From positions 106,208,001 through 106,272,000 of the forward strand of contig NC_086097.1 in the NCBI RefSeq assembly GCF_963921235.1: a DNA stretch of 64,000 bases, written 5' to 3'. How positions within the stretch are numbered: position 1 is the first letter of the stretch; every line of letters starts with the position of its first letter. Shown piece by piece: positions 1 to 12,560 of the stretch. The notes beneath the pieces were generated by a model. That model saw only the letters and a list, made by a program, of their open reading frames with translations. It had not been told where the DNA came from and did not search any database. Both the position numbers and the translations under genes were made by a program. The DNA comes from Mobula hypostoma. Lineage: Eukaryota.

Positions 1-335
1 TCCACTCTTCTTAGGCCTTTCAAAATTCAATAGTTTTCAATGAGATCCCCCCCCTTATTCTTTTAAACTCCAGTGAATACAGGCCCAGGAACATCAAACA
101 CTTCTCATACGTGACTCCTTTCATTCCTGAAAACATTCTTGTAAACTCCAATGTTAGCATATTTTTTCATAGATAAGGGGCGCAAAACTGCTCACAATAC
201 TCTAAGGGCTTAGAAAACCTCAGCATTACATCCTTGTTTTTATATTCTAGTCCTCTCGAAATGAATGCTAACATTGCATTTGCCTTCTATACCATCGACT
301 CAACTTGCAAGAAAATCCTTCAGGAATCCTATACA
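1..335 (-). mobile_element. CR1-clade LINE fragment (ORF2 C-terminal region), degenerate
   Basis: Colinear with the CR1 copy at ~11540-11910 (gaatgctaacattgcatt, aaaactgctcacaatactc; encodes an LEYC.QF-like motif on the minus strand). Confidence 0.75.
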
Positions 336-804
336 AGGACTCTCTGACTACGACAACCCAGTTGATTGTGCACCTGTCCATAATCTGTCCACATATTTGT
401 AGCTCTTAGTGGCTATTTGGAGGCCTACAGAGCAATTGCACCTATCCCATTTCCGAGGTCCAACCAAATTGTGCCTGTGAATGAGCCCTTCAGTATGTTT
501 TCTCTTAGTAGTGCTGTGACATTCACCTTTATCAGAAGTGAAACCCTTTCTCCTCTTTTATCCCCTCTCTTTCACATCTAAAGCGACAAAACCCGGAAAA
601 TGTCGAACAGCTTGACACAACCAGGTTTCTGGAGAGGCAATACCACATTTACATGTACTTACCAGGCTGTAAGTTCATCCTCCTTACTCCTGTTGTTGAA
701 ATAAACATTTCTTACCCTCAACCTTACCATTTATAGTCCTGCTGGTGTGGTTTCTACCCCCGCCACTGTTCCATGCTTTATCAAAGTCAGCTACAAAACA
801 GATA

Positions 805-940
805 GCAACACAAAGAGATTCTGCAGCTGCTGGAACCTTGAGCAACACACACACAGAATTCTGGAGGAACTCAGGAATTCAGTCAGCATCTCTGGAGGGG
901 AATAAACAGCTTTAGTTTCAGGCTGTGACCCTTATTCTGA
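805..940 (-). mobile_element. Penelope-like element (PLE) terminal fragment with eroded hammerhead motif
   Basis: ctggaggaactcagg...cagcatc...gtttcaggctgtgaccctt matches the terminus of the PLE at 8525-8620. Confidence 0.6.
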
Positions 941-2462
941 TGCATTTTCCATGTATTACAAAACAGGCCATAATTGTTGCTTACTTCTGTGGCTGGCCAC
1001 ACACTACAGATTGCGCTCAGGTTCTGACAGACACATCTGCTGGGCCTCTCAGTTTACTAGACACAAACGTTAACAAAAGATCCCTTGGTTACAAATTCTG
1101 GTAAGCATATCATCTTTGCCATGGTCAATGCCGGTGAGGATGAGAGATTAGCAAGGTCACTTTCCCAATAATACATTCCCATTGCACTCATGTGGCTATT
1201 ACTGCACCTGCAGTCAATCCATTTCAGCTCTGGAAAGGACCCCATTCTATTCATGTGCAGGAAGAGGAGTCTCCAAGTACTTGCAAGCTGAAAATCTCAC
1301 TCAGAACCTCAGTGTTGATGCCAAAGTTCAGGAGTGCTGCACTCATTTCTGTATCTCCACACTGATTTATTAAACTACATGCTACCGGAAAGCGAAAGAG
1401 TGATTCTCAAGTCACAATTTCCAGAGTGTCAATAACTGTGCTGGTCTGCTGCAATGGGCATTCCACATTCTAGAGGATAGTGAAATTTATACACAGATAC
1501 ATTTGAGATTTCATTGTTGAGGTGGGGAGCACCAGGAAGTAAAGGAAGCATTTAATGCAGTAAGCGCCTTGCTCATCAGAGCAGAGGACGTCAACGTTCC
1601 GATGTTTGGTGAGAGATTCAGTTAGTCCACAGTAACTGAGAACTGAATGGAAATCTCAGTGCCTCTCACTCACAATTTCCAACAAAAAATGGTTCACAAC
1701 TATTGATAAACAAGTGCATTTGCTTGCAATAAGCCCCTGACCTTCCTAAGCACACCTTACAGTGACTTTTTTGTCTGTCAGAAAATATGTGAAATCAATT
1801 ATTTTTGCACAGAGGCATGTAACATTGATCCAACACTTCAGCATTCTGTTAAACAGCATGTACATCTGCATGTGTCACTACAAATCTTTATCCGACCTAT
1901 TCCTGACATTCCTCAATGGGCCAATCCCTGTAACTTCAGCAGAGATAGAAGAAAGATGTCTGATCAATGTTTTGAAAGCTAGGACACTCTTAACTGCCAT
2001 ATTCTGGATCTGGATCCCACGAGAAACTTCAACCGCAGAATGTTCTCCCCTGCCCAGAACGGGCCTTTGATACTGGAGATCACACTTACTTGAGATTGCA
2101 GGAGTAAAGTATTTTAAGTCAGTGCTTCCAACTTCTGTGACACCCCTCAGCATCATCCCTCATGTGACAGCACTGATCTGATGAAAACTTCTCTTCAATA
2201 TCAGTAGACTAGGAGACTAGTACTCTATTAAAGGGGCCTTTGAAAGTTTGCAATGTCTTGGTGAGGGGATGTATTCTATCATTAGATGCCACCTTTGAAA
2301 TTTCATGGTGATGGTTATCATTCCCATGGACAAAGACAATATCAACAAGGTTTGTGACATAACGCCTCTCTACGAAAGTGCACACTGAAGCAAACAAACA
2401 CCTTTACATTCCTTGGTGTTACCATATTAGAGGTGTTAAGAATGGTTATTGTGATGCATATA

Positions 2463-3109
2463 CAGTCGTCCTTCAGTATCCGCGGGGGATTGGTTCCAGG
2501 ACCCTGTGGATACCAAAATCCATGGATGCTCAAGTCCCTTATGTAAAATGGCATAGTATTTGCATATAACCTACGCACATCCTCCCATATACTTTAAATC
2601 ATCTCTAGATTACTTATAATACCTAATACAATGTAAATGCTATGTAAATAGTTGTTATACTGTATTGTTTAGGGAATAATGACAAGAAAAAAAAGTCTGT
2701 ACATGTTCAGTACAGACGCAACCATCATAACTCTTCTGGGAACGTGCCGATTCTCCTGTGATCTTTAAGTTATTGTGGCTGTAGCGCTTTACATAGCTTG
2801 CCAGCCATCCCTTACTAGCCTTAAACTCCTCTCTTTCGCTCACAACACATGTAGCGAATGAACGAGATGCGAGGCCAACAATACTCAAACAACGAGTGCT
2901 GGGGAGAGACTGAGGATTTGTGAAATGGCGGGAGGCTACAGCAGGGTATGCCTACACATCACTTCATTCGCGTGGATTCAGCGTAGTGCTCGGTGCAAGG
3001 CAAATTTGTTTTGCTTTTTGGAACTTTCTGGAATTTTTTTTCGAATATTTTCGATTGGCGGTTGGTTGAATCTGCAGATGCGGAACCCGCGGATACGGAG
3101 GGCTGACTG
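2463..3109 (-). mobile_element. Tigger/pogo non-autonomous DNA transposon (MER2/MER2B-like) with a transposase remnant
   Basis: TA TSD (2461-2462, 3110-3111); ~24-bp TIRs CAGTCGTCCTTCAGTATCCGCGGG / CAGTCAGCCCTCCGTATCCGCGGG; minus-strand EFKASKGWLASYVKRY...KITGESA is a CENP-B-type HTH motif of pogo/Tigger transposases. Confidence 0.9.
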
Positions 3110-3564
3110 TAGTGTGGGGTAGTATAGTGGGTAGTGCTTATTGCTCTCACTTTCAGCTTTCACTGTTGGCTAGCAGTCTTGTGAAAAGGAGAGCTGAAGG
3201 CATAAGTCTCTCCCTACCAGTACATAGCCTCTCCAAAAGCAAGCCTCATGTAATGCTTCTTTGCTGGTGACACATGGAAACTGAACTCCTTTCAAACTCA
3301 GGGTGAACTACAGAGGACAGGGAGGAGGTCTGCCCCCTGCACATGTAGCACGCAGGTCCACCTGGTACTCGTGAACCAGATCCCCAGCTATAGGTAAATA
3401 GCCCCACTGCCTTGTGGGCAGTCTCAGGCGAGATGAAGACCCAGACAGCAAATCAGGATTGGAGCTGGACTACACTGGTGAGGCTGAGAGGGGGATCTTG
3501 ACGACTGGGCATCTCAGGATCTCCATACCTTCCGCCTAATCATCCATTGTCCCTCGAGACAGAC

Positions 3565-4210
3565 GGATGTCAACCACCATATTAGAGTATCTGTCCTGGG
3601 ACCAGCACATTAATGTCATCACAGAGAAGGCAAACAGCACCTCTAGAAGTTTGCATAGATTCGGCATGTCATCTAAAACTTTGTCAAACTTCTATATGTG
3701 CACAGTGGAGAGTATCCTGACTGGATGCATCATGGCCTGGTATGAAAACATCAAAGCCCCTCAAGAATGGAAAAGTCAACAAAAAGTGGTGGATACAGCC
3801 TAGTCTTTCACAGGCAAAACCCTCCCCATCACTGAGCACATTGACAAGGAGCATTGCCATAAGAAATCAACCCCCATCATCCAGGCCATGCTTTCTTTTC
3901 CTTACTACCATCAGGCAGGAGGTATAGGAGCCTTACGTCAAACACCACCAGGTACAGAAACAGTTATTACCCACAGCCATCAAGTTCCTGAGCCAGCAAC
4001 TACACTCACCCTCAATACTTTCAACAACTCTGCAGGTCATATTTCCAGTTTTACTTATTTATTTTTTTTATTATTTCCACAATTTGTCTTCTTTTGTTCG
4101 TCTGTTACGTATAGTTTTTCATAAATTCTATTGTGTTTCTTTATTTCCCTTAAATGGCTGCACAGAAATAAATCCCAAGGCAGTAAATGGACATATACTT
4201 ACTTTGGTAA
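3565..4210 (+). mobile_element. Rex1/Babar-type LINE 3' fragment
   Basis: LSWDQHIN...LHRFGMSSKTLSNFY.CTVESILTGCIMAWY is a Rex1-type RT C-terminal motif; 3' UTR ends in aataaa. Confidence 0.75.
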
Positions 4211-5232
4211 TAAATTTGTTCAGAACTTTGAACACCTCATATCTGTTTGGCTGCTATGTCACTGTTACGTTTTCTGAGGTACAGTATCTGTATCTAGCCA
4301 GACAGAGGCTAGAAAGGCCTCTATTTCAGGCAGCATCCTTGTTAATTTATTTTGCACACTCTCCCGCTTGACAATGTCTTTCCTAGTTATTTTATCCCTT
4401 TATACACCTTCCCCATCCTTTCCACCCACTGTGTTCCATCTGCGCATCATGTCATCACTATCTGGTTTCACCTATCACCAAGCAGTCTCTATCCACCCAT
4501 CCAAGGTTAAAAAGCAGAATATGAAAAACAGTACATTCAACTAATCTGATGGGAGAGGTACATTTAAACATATTTTCTCCATGTGTTAGAATGATCAAAA
4601 ATCCAATACATTAATTAATTATAATTAACTTTATTGCACATTAAACTAGAATTCTAAAATTTATTCTAGTTTTGACAAAATCTGTGTGATATCATGGCAT
4701 ATTATCACCTGAATTGCTGGAATCAGGAAATTGCCAAAATTAAGGATTATCAAAAATAAAGAGATTGTAGCATTATTTAAGAACAAAGGGTCTCTTATTT
4801 TTGAATATGAAGATGGCAAAATCTGTTTCAAAAACATTTCTCTAAATTGCATTTTCTACGTTTTTTATTTATCCGGTGCTTCGTATTCGTTGCCAGATCA
4901 CTGGTTTGAGGTGACAATGTTAAAACATCTTAATCGAGAGGCTTCTGGAATTTTTAATTATTTCTGGAGGATTGTTTTCTGCTCATTAGTAAGACTTCTA
5001 ATATATGATGACTGTATAATAATTTATTTTACTTCTCAAGATTCACGGAATTTTACTGATTTTTCTGAAAGATGGTCTTATTTGTATTCCAAAAAGGCTT
5101 GTGAAACTTCAGGTATTCATCATTGTTCCATTAGTAATAATTTGTTGTGATTTATTCCCTTATTATTAACTATTGGAACCAGTCAAGTATAAACGTAATA
5201 TAGAGATTGTACAAATAACATTTCCAAGTATG

Positions 5233-5746
5233 TTCATTCATTTGTTTGTTATGTGCCATGTAGTATGATGTGGACGATCATAGTATTTCCATAATCATGA
5301 TTGTCCTTGGCAAATATTGCTATAGAATTGGTTTGCTATTGCTTTACAGGTATATGGAGGAATTTAAGGTGGGGGGGTTTATATGGGAGGCAGGGTTTGA
5401 GGGTCGGCACAACAATGTGGACCAAAGGGCCTGTACTGTGCTGTACTATCCTATGTTCTATGTTCTTCTGGGCAGTGTCTTTACAAAGCAGGTAACCCCA
5501 GCCATTATCAATATTCTTCAGAGATTGTCTGCCTGGTGTCATTGGTTGCATAACCAGGACTTGTGATATGCACCGGCCACTTGTACAACCATCCACCTCT
5601 TTCTTCTGTGGCTTCACATGACCTGGACTGGTGGTGGGGTGGGGTGGGGGGCTAAGCAGGTACTACATCTTGCCCAAGGGTGACCTGCAGAGGGTAGGAG
5701 CCCCTTACACCTCCTTTGGTAGAGACACATCTCTACCCTACCACCC
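5233..5746 (-). mobile_element. RTE-derived non-autonomous element (copy 1), interrupted by a CR1 3' end
   Basis: Homologous to 18032-18305, 41629-42010 and 48067-48445; flanked by direct repeat (CC)AAGTATG at 5224-5232 and 5745-5753. Confidence 0.7.
5346..5465 (+). mobile_element. CR1 3' terminal fragment nested in the RTE-derived element
   Basis: Reverse complement of the CR1 3' end at 44220-44335, with a (TTCTATG)n tail. Confidence 0.8.
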
Positions 5747-8009
5747 AAGTATGAGAAGTGCCATATTTCTGGTAGTCTACATGCAAAGGCTTTAAGGATA
5801 TGGATGAAATAATTAAAAAAAAACAATAATGTGACTTTAGATTATGAGACAATGGATATGAATGTTAGCTCAGCATTTTTAGACCAAATCTTGATGCATT
5901 CTCAATCATTTCAGTATGCTATACCCAAGGCTGATGAAAAAATGTCATTTAGTCTTCACGAGTAGTGCCCAAGGAGATGAATCTCAGGGTTGTATAATGT
6001 CAACATACTTTGATGATAAATATACATCAAACTTTGAACTAAGGGGGTAGGTGGCATTGCTTACTGTATCAGAGAGGAGTTCTCTCTTTAGTTTACATTA
6101 GGAATTGGTGGTTTAGAATATACACTGCAGTGCCAACTAAGGTTGTTGTGTAAGGTGGTTGTACTGAAGGCAACAGGTCTGATTTAATCACTGTTATAAA
6201 ATTACTGCATTTTTGTTTTTAATTGTTTGCCTGTTTATCTCTTAACGTTGTCTACATTTTGAAGAATTGTCAAGCAAAGCATATTTTCATTGCCTGGCTA
6301 TACAAGTTGATTATTAATAACTTGGACAGTGATTGTGGACAAATGTAATGCCTGAGATGCTGAGGCTGAGGCATTCCAGTCACCCACAATCACATTCATG
6401 CTTAGATGCATGCATACACCTGTCCTGAATGAAATTAACTCACCTTACAAAAGATTCAGAGCTTAAATTTGTACTTTATTTAATAATAAATTGTCATACA
6501 TTTATTTACATGCCAAAGGAACAGCACGTAACATGAGGTCCAGTACATGACTCCAACTGAACTGAAACTTTAACACAGCTTGATATAATTCTGCGCCAAA
6601 TTTCTCCTTACTGCATCATTTTTATTATCCACATCATTCAGAGAAAAGGTGAACATAAAAAATTTCTAGTAAGTTCAAGATTCTAGTACACTATCAAAGA
6701 GAGTATAAGTTATACAGCCTTGAGATTTGTTTGCTCAAATGACCACAAAGCAAGAAACCTGAAAGAATCCAATTGAAGAAAAAAAATCCAACACCCAATA
6801 CACAAGAGAAAGGGAAAAACCACAAATCATGCAATCATTTGAAGTGAACAATTGTTATGAAACAAAACTGAGTCCTCAGATCCAAACCCTGGAGCACCCT
6901 GGAGCAGCCCGGAGTAGGCCCAAATCAGTTCATCATATTAGCAGGCACAGAGAACAGTAGCCAGGGGAGTCAGCGCTGTGGAGAGAGGAGTGACCATCAT
7001 GGAGAACGAGCAAAATCAGCTTTTGCCCCAGATCCCAATTAATATTGGTCAATAATTGCCAAAATTCTGATAGCTGAGCTTCAAAAATTCAATTAAAATA
7101 AGCAGGTGAACTAGCCGATGATTAATGATATAACAGAGCACAAAGGTTATCTACTGGGTTTGTACACTTCACCAGTTTCAACAACATTCATTCTAAAGTT
7201 TTGGCATCCAACTATTATCTATGCTAATTAATTGTCTCTTAAAAAAACGCAGAGGAGCTCCAAATTAGCCCAATCAACAGTCTGTGATATTTGTCCTGTC
7301 AGCATCCATTCTGTTATCCACCCCCACCCCTCCACCAGGATTTTCACAGAAAAGTCTGCTGCTTTAAAGCTTTTGATTTTTTTTTTGCTTAAGTACCTGC
7401 AAGGTTTTGGAAGCTATGTACTGGTGTTTTTGATAGCACTATTCTATCTAATTTTAAAATTGTATAAAATTAAATATCTTTCCAATTATTTGAAATAGTA
7501 ATCTAACATTTTTCTTATATAGCTTTGAATACATTTCTGAAGACATCTCTTCTGAAGTCCATTTGGTTCCCTGTTCCAGCAATTTATTTGCACATGAAAA
7601 TGTAATAGGAAAAAATTATAAATGTATATCACACTTGCTTAAGGCTCTGATCTCGAATTAGCTTGGTCTGCTCGATCCCAGATGATTTCCGGTAAGGAAG
7701 GTTTGTGAAAGCACCTCAGGGTAGTACCGCACAAGACAACTGTGTGTGTTCAAAGGAGCAAAATATGCGGTCTGAATCCCAAATTGAAGATTCCAAGTAA
7801 CCGATCAATGACCTTATGGGCTTCACTTCCTCAATCTAATATACTTTAATTAAATAATAATGCATTTGCTATTACTTTGAATGTACATTGTTGGTGCTAC
7901 TTTCTGCATCTTACTGCCTGATATTAACCACTGTAGTAACTGTTCCATATACAACTGGAATTTATTTTTAGAGTTAAATAAACCTAAGGAGTAAAGTTGG
8001 AAAAGAGAT

Positions 8010-8400
8010 ACTGTCAAAAGAAAACTGCATCCATCAAGGTCCCCACCATCTAGGCTATGCGATCTTCTCACTGCTGCTACTGAGAAAGAGGTACAGGAGC
8101 CTTCGGTCCCAGACCACCAGGTTCACAGAATTATTACCCGTCATAACATCAGGCTCCTAAACAAGCATGGATAACTTCACTCAGCTCAACTGATTCCACT
8201 TTCAAGGACTCTACAACTCATGTCCTCAGTATTATTTATTTATTTGCACAGTTTGTCTTCTTTTGCATATTGGTTGTCTGTGTAATATTCCATTGATTCT
8301 ATTCAATTTCTTTGTTCTACTGTAAATGCCTGCAAGAAAATAAATCTCAAGGTAGTTTGAGGTGACATATATGTATTTTGATAATAAATTTACTTTGAAC
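8010..8400 (+). mobile_element. Rex1/Babar-type LINE 3' end, degenerate
   Basis: Homologous to 3850-4210; ends aataaatttactttgaac. Confidence 0.65.
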
Positions 8401-8582
8401 ATTATGTGGTAGGAACTTGTGAAAATCAAATGATCAGTTATGATAAGCATGTTTCATCTTGTGGGATACACAAGTTTTGTTTTTCAGTTGGTTATCACAT
8501 TAGAACTGCAGAACATTCTAGAATCACACATCAAAGTTGCTGGTGAATGCAGCAGGCCAAGCAGCATCTGTAGGAAGAGGTG

Positions 8583-8620
8583 CAGTCGACGTTTCAGGCC
8601 GAGACCCTTCGTCAGGACTA
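8583..8620 (-). ncRNA. Minimal type I hammerhead ribozyme in the PLE terminus
   Basis: Minus strand UAGUC-CUGACGA-A-GGGU(CUCG)GCCU-GAAA-CG-UC^-GACUG: conserved CUGANGA and GAAA core, stems I and II, palindromic ACGU in place of stem III. Confidence 0.75.
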
Positions 8621-8911
8621 ACTGAAGGAAGACTGAGTAAGGGATTTGAAAGTTGGAGGGGGAGGGGGAGATCCAAAATGATAGGAGAAGACAGGAGGGG
8701 GAGGGATGGAGCCAAGAGCTGGACAGGTGATAGGCAAAAGGGGATACGAGAGGATCATGGGACAGGAGGTCCGGGAAGAAAGACGGGGGGGGGTGACCCA
8801 GAGGATGGGCAAGAGGTATATTCAGAGGGACAGAGGGAGAAAAAGGAGAGTGAGAGAAAGAATGTGTGCATAAAAATGAATAACAGATGGGGTACGAGGG
8901 GGAGGTGGGGC

Positions 8912-10637
8912 CTAGCGGAAGTTAGAGAAGTCAATGTTCATGCCATCAGGTTGGAGGCTACCCAGACGGAATATAAGGTGTTGTTCCTCCAACCTGAGTG
9001 TGGCTTCATCTTTACAGTAGAGGAGGCCGTGGATAGACATGTCAGAATGGGAATGGGATGTGGAATTAAAATGTGTGGCCACTGGGAGATCCTGCTTTCT
9101 CTGGCAGACAGAGCGTAGACGTTCAGCAAAGTGGTCTCCCAGTCTGCGTCGGGTCTCGCCAATATATAAAAGGCCACATCGGGAGCACCGGACGCAGTAT
9201 ATCACCCCAGTCGACTCACAGGTGAATTGCCTCACCTGGAAGGACTGTTTGGGGCCCTGAATGGTGGTAAGGGAGGAAGTGTAAGGGCATGTGTAGCACT
9301 TGTTCCGCTTACACGGATAAGTGCCAGGAGGGAGATCAGTGGGGAGGGATAGGGGGGACGAATGGACAAGGGAGTTGTGTAGGGAGCGATCTCTGCGGAA
9401 TGCAGAGAGAAGGGGGGGAGGGAAAGATATGCTTAGTGGTGGGATCCCGTTGGAGGTGGCGGAAGTTACGGAGAATAATATGTTGGACCCGGAGGCTGGT
9501 GGGGTGGTAGGTGAGGACCAGGGGAACCCTATTCCTAGAGGGGTGGCGGGAGGATGGAGTGAGAGCAGATGTACGTGAAATGGGTGAGATGCGTTTAAGA
9601 GCAGAGTTGATAGTGAAGGAAGGGAAGCCCCTTTCTTTAAAAAAGGAAGACATCTCCCTCGTCCTAGAATGAAAAGCCTCATCCTGAGAGCAGATGCGGC
9701 GGAGACGGAGGAATTGCGAGAAGGGGATGGCGTTTTTGCAAGAGACAGGGTGAGAAGAGGAACAGTCCAGATAGCTGTGAGAGTCAGTAGGCTTATAGTA
9801 GACATCAGTGGATAAGCTGTCTCCAGAGACAAAGACAGAAAGATCTAGAAAGGGGAGGGAGGTGTCGGAAATGGACCAGGTAAACTTGAGGGCAGGGTGA
9901 AAGTTGGAGGCAAAGTTAATAAAGTCAACGAGTTCTGCATGCGTGCAGGAAGCAGCGCCAATGCAGTCGTCGATGTAGCGAAGGAAAAGTGGGGGACAGA
10001 TACCAGAATAGGCACGGAACATAGATTGGTCCACAAACCCGACAAAAAGGCAGGCATAGCTAGGACCCATACGGGTGCCCATAGCTACACCTTTAGTTTG
10101 GCAGAAGTGGGAGGAGCCAAAGGAGAAATTATTAAGAGTAAGGACTAATTCCGCTGGACGGAGCAGAGTGGTGGTAGAGGGGAACTGATTAGGTCTGGAA
10201 TCCAAAAAGAAGCATAGAGCTTTGAGAACTTCCTGATGGGGGATGGAAGTATATAAGGACTGGACATTCATGGTGAAAATAAAGCGGTGGGGGCCAGGGA
10301 ACTTAAAATCATCGAAAAGTTTAAGAGCATGAGAAGTGTCACGAACATAGGTCGGAAGGGATTGAACAAGGGGTGATAAAACAGTGTCGAGGTATGCAGA
10401 AATGAGTTCGGTGGGGCAGGAGCAAGCTGAGACAATAGGTCGGCCAGGACAGGCAGGTTTGTGGATCTTGGATAGGAGGTAGAAACGGGAAGTGCGGGGT
10501 GTGGGAACTATAAGGTTGGTAGCAGTGGATGGGAGATCCCCTGAGCGGATAAAGTCGGTGATGGTGTGGGAGACAATGGCCTGGTGCTCCTTAGTGGGGT
10601 CACGATCGAGGGGTAAATAAGAGGAGGTATCCGCGAT
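8912..10637 (-). pseudogene. PLE reverse transcriptase + GIY-YIG endonuclease ORF, frameshifted
   Basis: FYLLSKIHKPACPGRPIVS, VQSLYTSIP, QTKGVAMGTRMGPSYA, YIDD, FLDL, YYKPTD (ORF 9336-10271); Cys linker CKRNKCYTC; GVIYCVRCSRCGLLYIGET (ORF 8912-9832). Confidence 0.93.
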
Positions 10638-10871
10638 TTAGCATATTAGCGTATTAGCAGCTTTGATTCTTTCACCTTCCCAATTATCACCACACTGATC
10701 CCTTCATGCACTTGATGCAAGTGTTTGCAAGTTCCTTCCAAATATATGTACCTTGCTCTGTGATCATCCTGGTTTTAGCTCAGTTCAGCTGGATACAGAT
10801 TCAGATTAGTTTATTGTCATACTCACTAGGATGCAATGAAATTCCTTGCTTGCATGAGGCTCAAAGACAGG

Positions 10872-11068
10872 CAGCTTGAGTAGTGGCATCCGCACTGGAC
10901 TTCAAGGTAAGTGGTCCAGGGTTGGAATCTGGCTGGCTCCTTGCACACTTTCCATTTGTGCTGAGTTGAGTGTCAAGCTACCAACTCGCCCTCATTTAAA
11001 AAAAGATAAAAATGCTAAAGAATGGTTGCAGCCTGGTGCACCATGGAAGGCACAGAAAGGAACAACAA
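10872..11068 (+). mobile_element. tRNA-headed SINE, degenerate
   Basis: Head gtagtggcatccgcactggacttcaag is shared with the SINE at 26824; B-box-like gggttggaatct; short (AAC)n tail. Confidence 0.5.
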
Positions 11069-11214
11069 GGAGGCTCATAATAATAACTAACACAATAAAT
11101 TTACTGACGTACAAAAGAGCAGAATGGTGCAAAGATTGCAGTGCAGTCTGAAGTAGTATAAAAAGATAATACTAAAGTTAGTGACACAGTAACAGAAAAT
11201 TGAGAGAGGTGTTA

Positions 11215-12308
11215 AGACCATAAGATATCGGAGCAGAAGTAGGCCATTCAGCCCATCGAGTCTGCTCCACCATTCAATCATGGGCTGATCCAATTCTTCC
11301 AGTCATTCCCCACTCCCCATACCCCTTGATGTCCTGGCTAATCAAGAGCCTATCTATCTCTGCCTTAAATACACCCAATGACTTGGCCTCCACAGCCACT
11401 TGTGGCAACAAATTCCACCGATTTATCACCCTCTGACTAAAGTAATTTCTCTGCAGCTCAGTTCTAAATGGACGTCCTTCAATCCTGAAGTCATGTTCTC
11501 CTGTCTTAGACTCCCGTACCATGGGAAATAACTTTGCCGTATCTAATTTGTTCAGGCCTTTTAACATTTGGAATGTTTCTATGAGATACCCCCTCGTTCT
11601 CCTGAACTCCAGGGAATACAGCCCAAGAGCTGCCAGAAGTTCCTCATTCGGTAACCCTTTCATTCCTGGAATCATTCTTGTGAATCTTCTCTGAACCCTC
11701 TCCAATGTCAGTATATCCTTTTTAAAATAAGGAGCCCAAAACTGAACACAATACTCCAAGTGTGGTCTCACCAGTACCTTATTGAGCCTCACATCACATC
11801 CCTGCACTTATATTCTATACCTCTTGAAATGAATGCCAACATTGCATTCACCTTCTTTGCCACCGACTCAACCTGGAGGTTAACCTTTAGGGTATCCTGC
11901 ACAAGGACTCCCAAGTTCCTTTGCATCTCCACATTTTGAATTCTCTCCCCATCTAAATAATAGTCTGCCCATTTATTTCTTCCACCGAAGTACATGACCA
12001 TACACTTTCCAACATTGTATTTCATTTGCCATTTCTTTGCCCATTCCCCTAATCTATCCAAGTCTCTTTGCAAGCTCACTGTTTCCTCAACACTACCCAC
12101 TCCTCCACCTATTTTTGTATTATTGGCAAAGTTAGCCACAAATCCATTAATCCCATAGTCCAAATCATTGACATACAGCGTAAAAAGCAGCAGTCCCAAC
12201 ACCAACTCCTGTGGAACTCCACTGGTAACTGGCAGCCAGCCAGAGTAGGATCCCTTTATTCCCACTCTCTGTTTTCTGCCGACCATCCAATGCTCCACCC
12301 ATGCTAGT
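11215..12308 (-). mobile_element. CR1 LINE, 5'-truncated (RT C-terminal half + 3' UTR)
   Basis: SGVPQ.LVLG..LFTLYVNDL, FANNTK (decayed FADDTK), LVRPHLEYCVQFW, ERVQRRFTRMIPG. Confidence 0.95.
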
Positions 12309-12319
12309 AAGAGTCCAAG

Positions 12320-12560
12320 AATGTTGCCATACTGCCTAGAAGGGTCTGTGAAAGGGGTGATTCGTTCAGAAGTCTGTTAGTAGTGGGGAAGAAGCTGTTT
12401 TTAAGTCAGGTTGTCCAGGCTTTCAAGGTCCTGTATCTTCTCCCTTAACGTAGAAGTGTTAAAAGAGGAAGGCCAGGGTGGCAGGCTCCTTGATGAGACT
12501 ATTAGCTATCCTGAAGCAACGCACCATGAAGGTATATTCAGTTACACTTATAGCTACCAC
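12320..12560 (-). mobile_element. Rex1-type LINE 3' fragment, degenerate
   Basis: ggggaagaagctgtt...tttcaaggtcctgtatctt is homologous to 15800-15860. Confidence 0.5.

Larger units (their letters stand above)
8525..10637 (-). mobile_element. Penelope-like retroelement (Neptune-type), 5'-truncated
   Basis: RT followed by GIY-YIG endonuclease (see ORF feature); purine/pyrimidine-skewed 3' region; terminal hammerhead motif. Confidence 0.95.

Noticed and set aside
340..2450. Faint LINE endonuclease-like traces (for example HILDL near 2000)
   Set aside because: Too degraded to assign a family or boundaries.
3170..3560. Possible RTE-like 5' UTR or other repeat
   Set aside because: Single copy in the window, with no TSD or coding motif to support a call.
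4731..5150. 139-aa ORF in unique AT-rich DNA
   Set aside because: Non-ATG start, composition typical of random AT-rich sequence, no recognisable motif.
8537..9118. 193-aa plus-strand ORF
   Set aside because: Antisense shadow of the purine-rich PLE 3' region.
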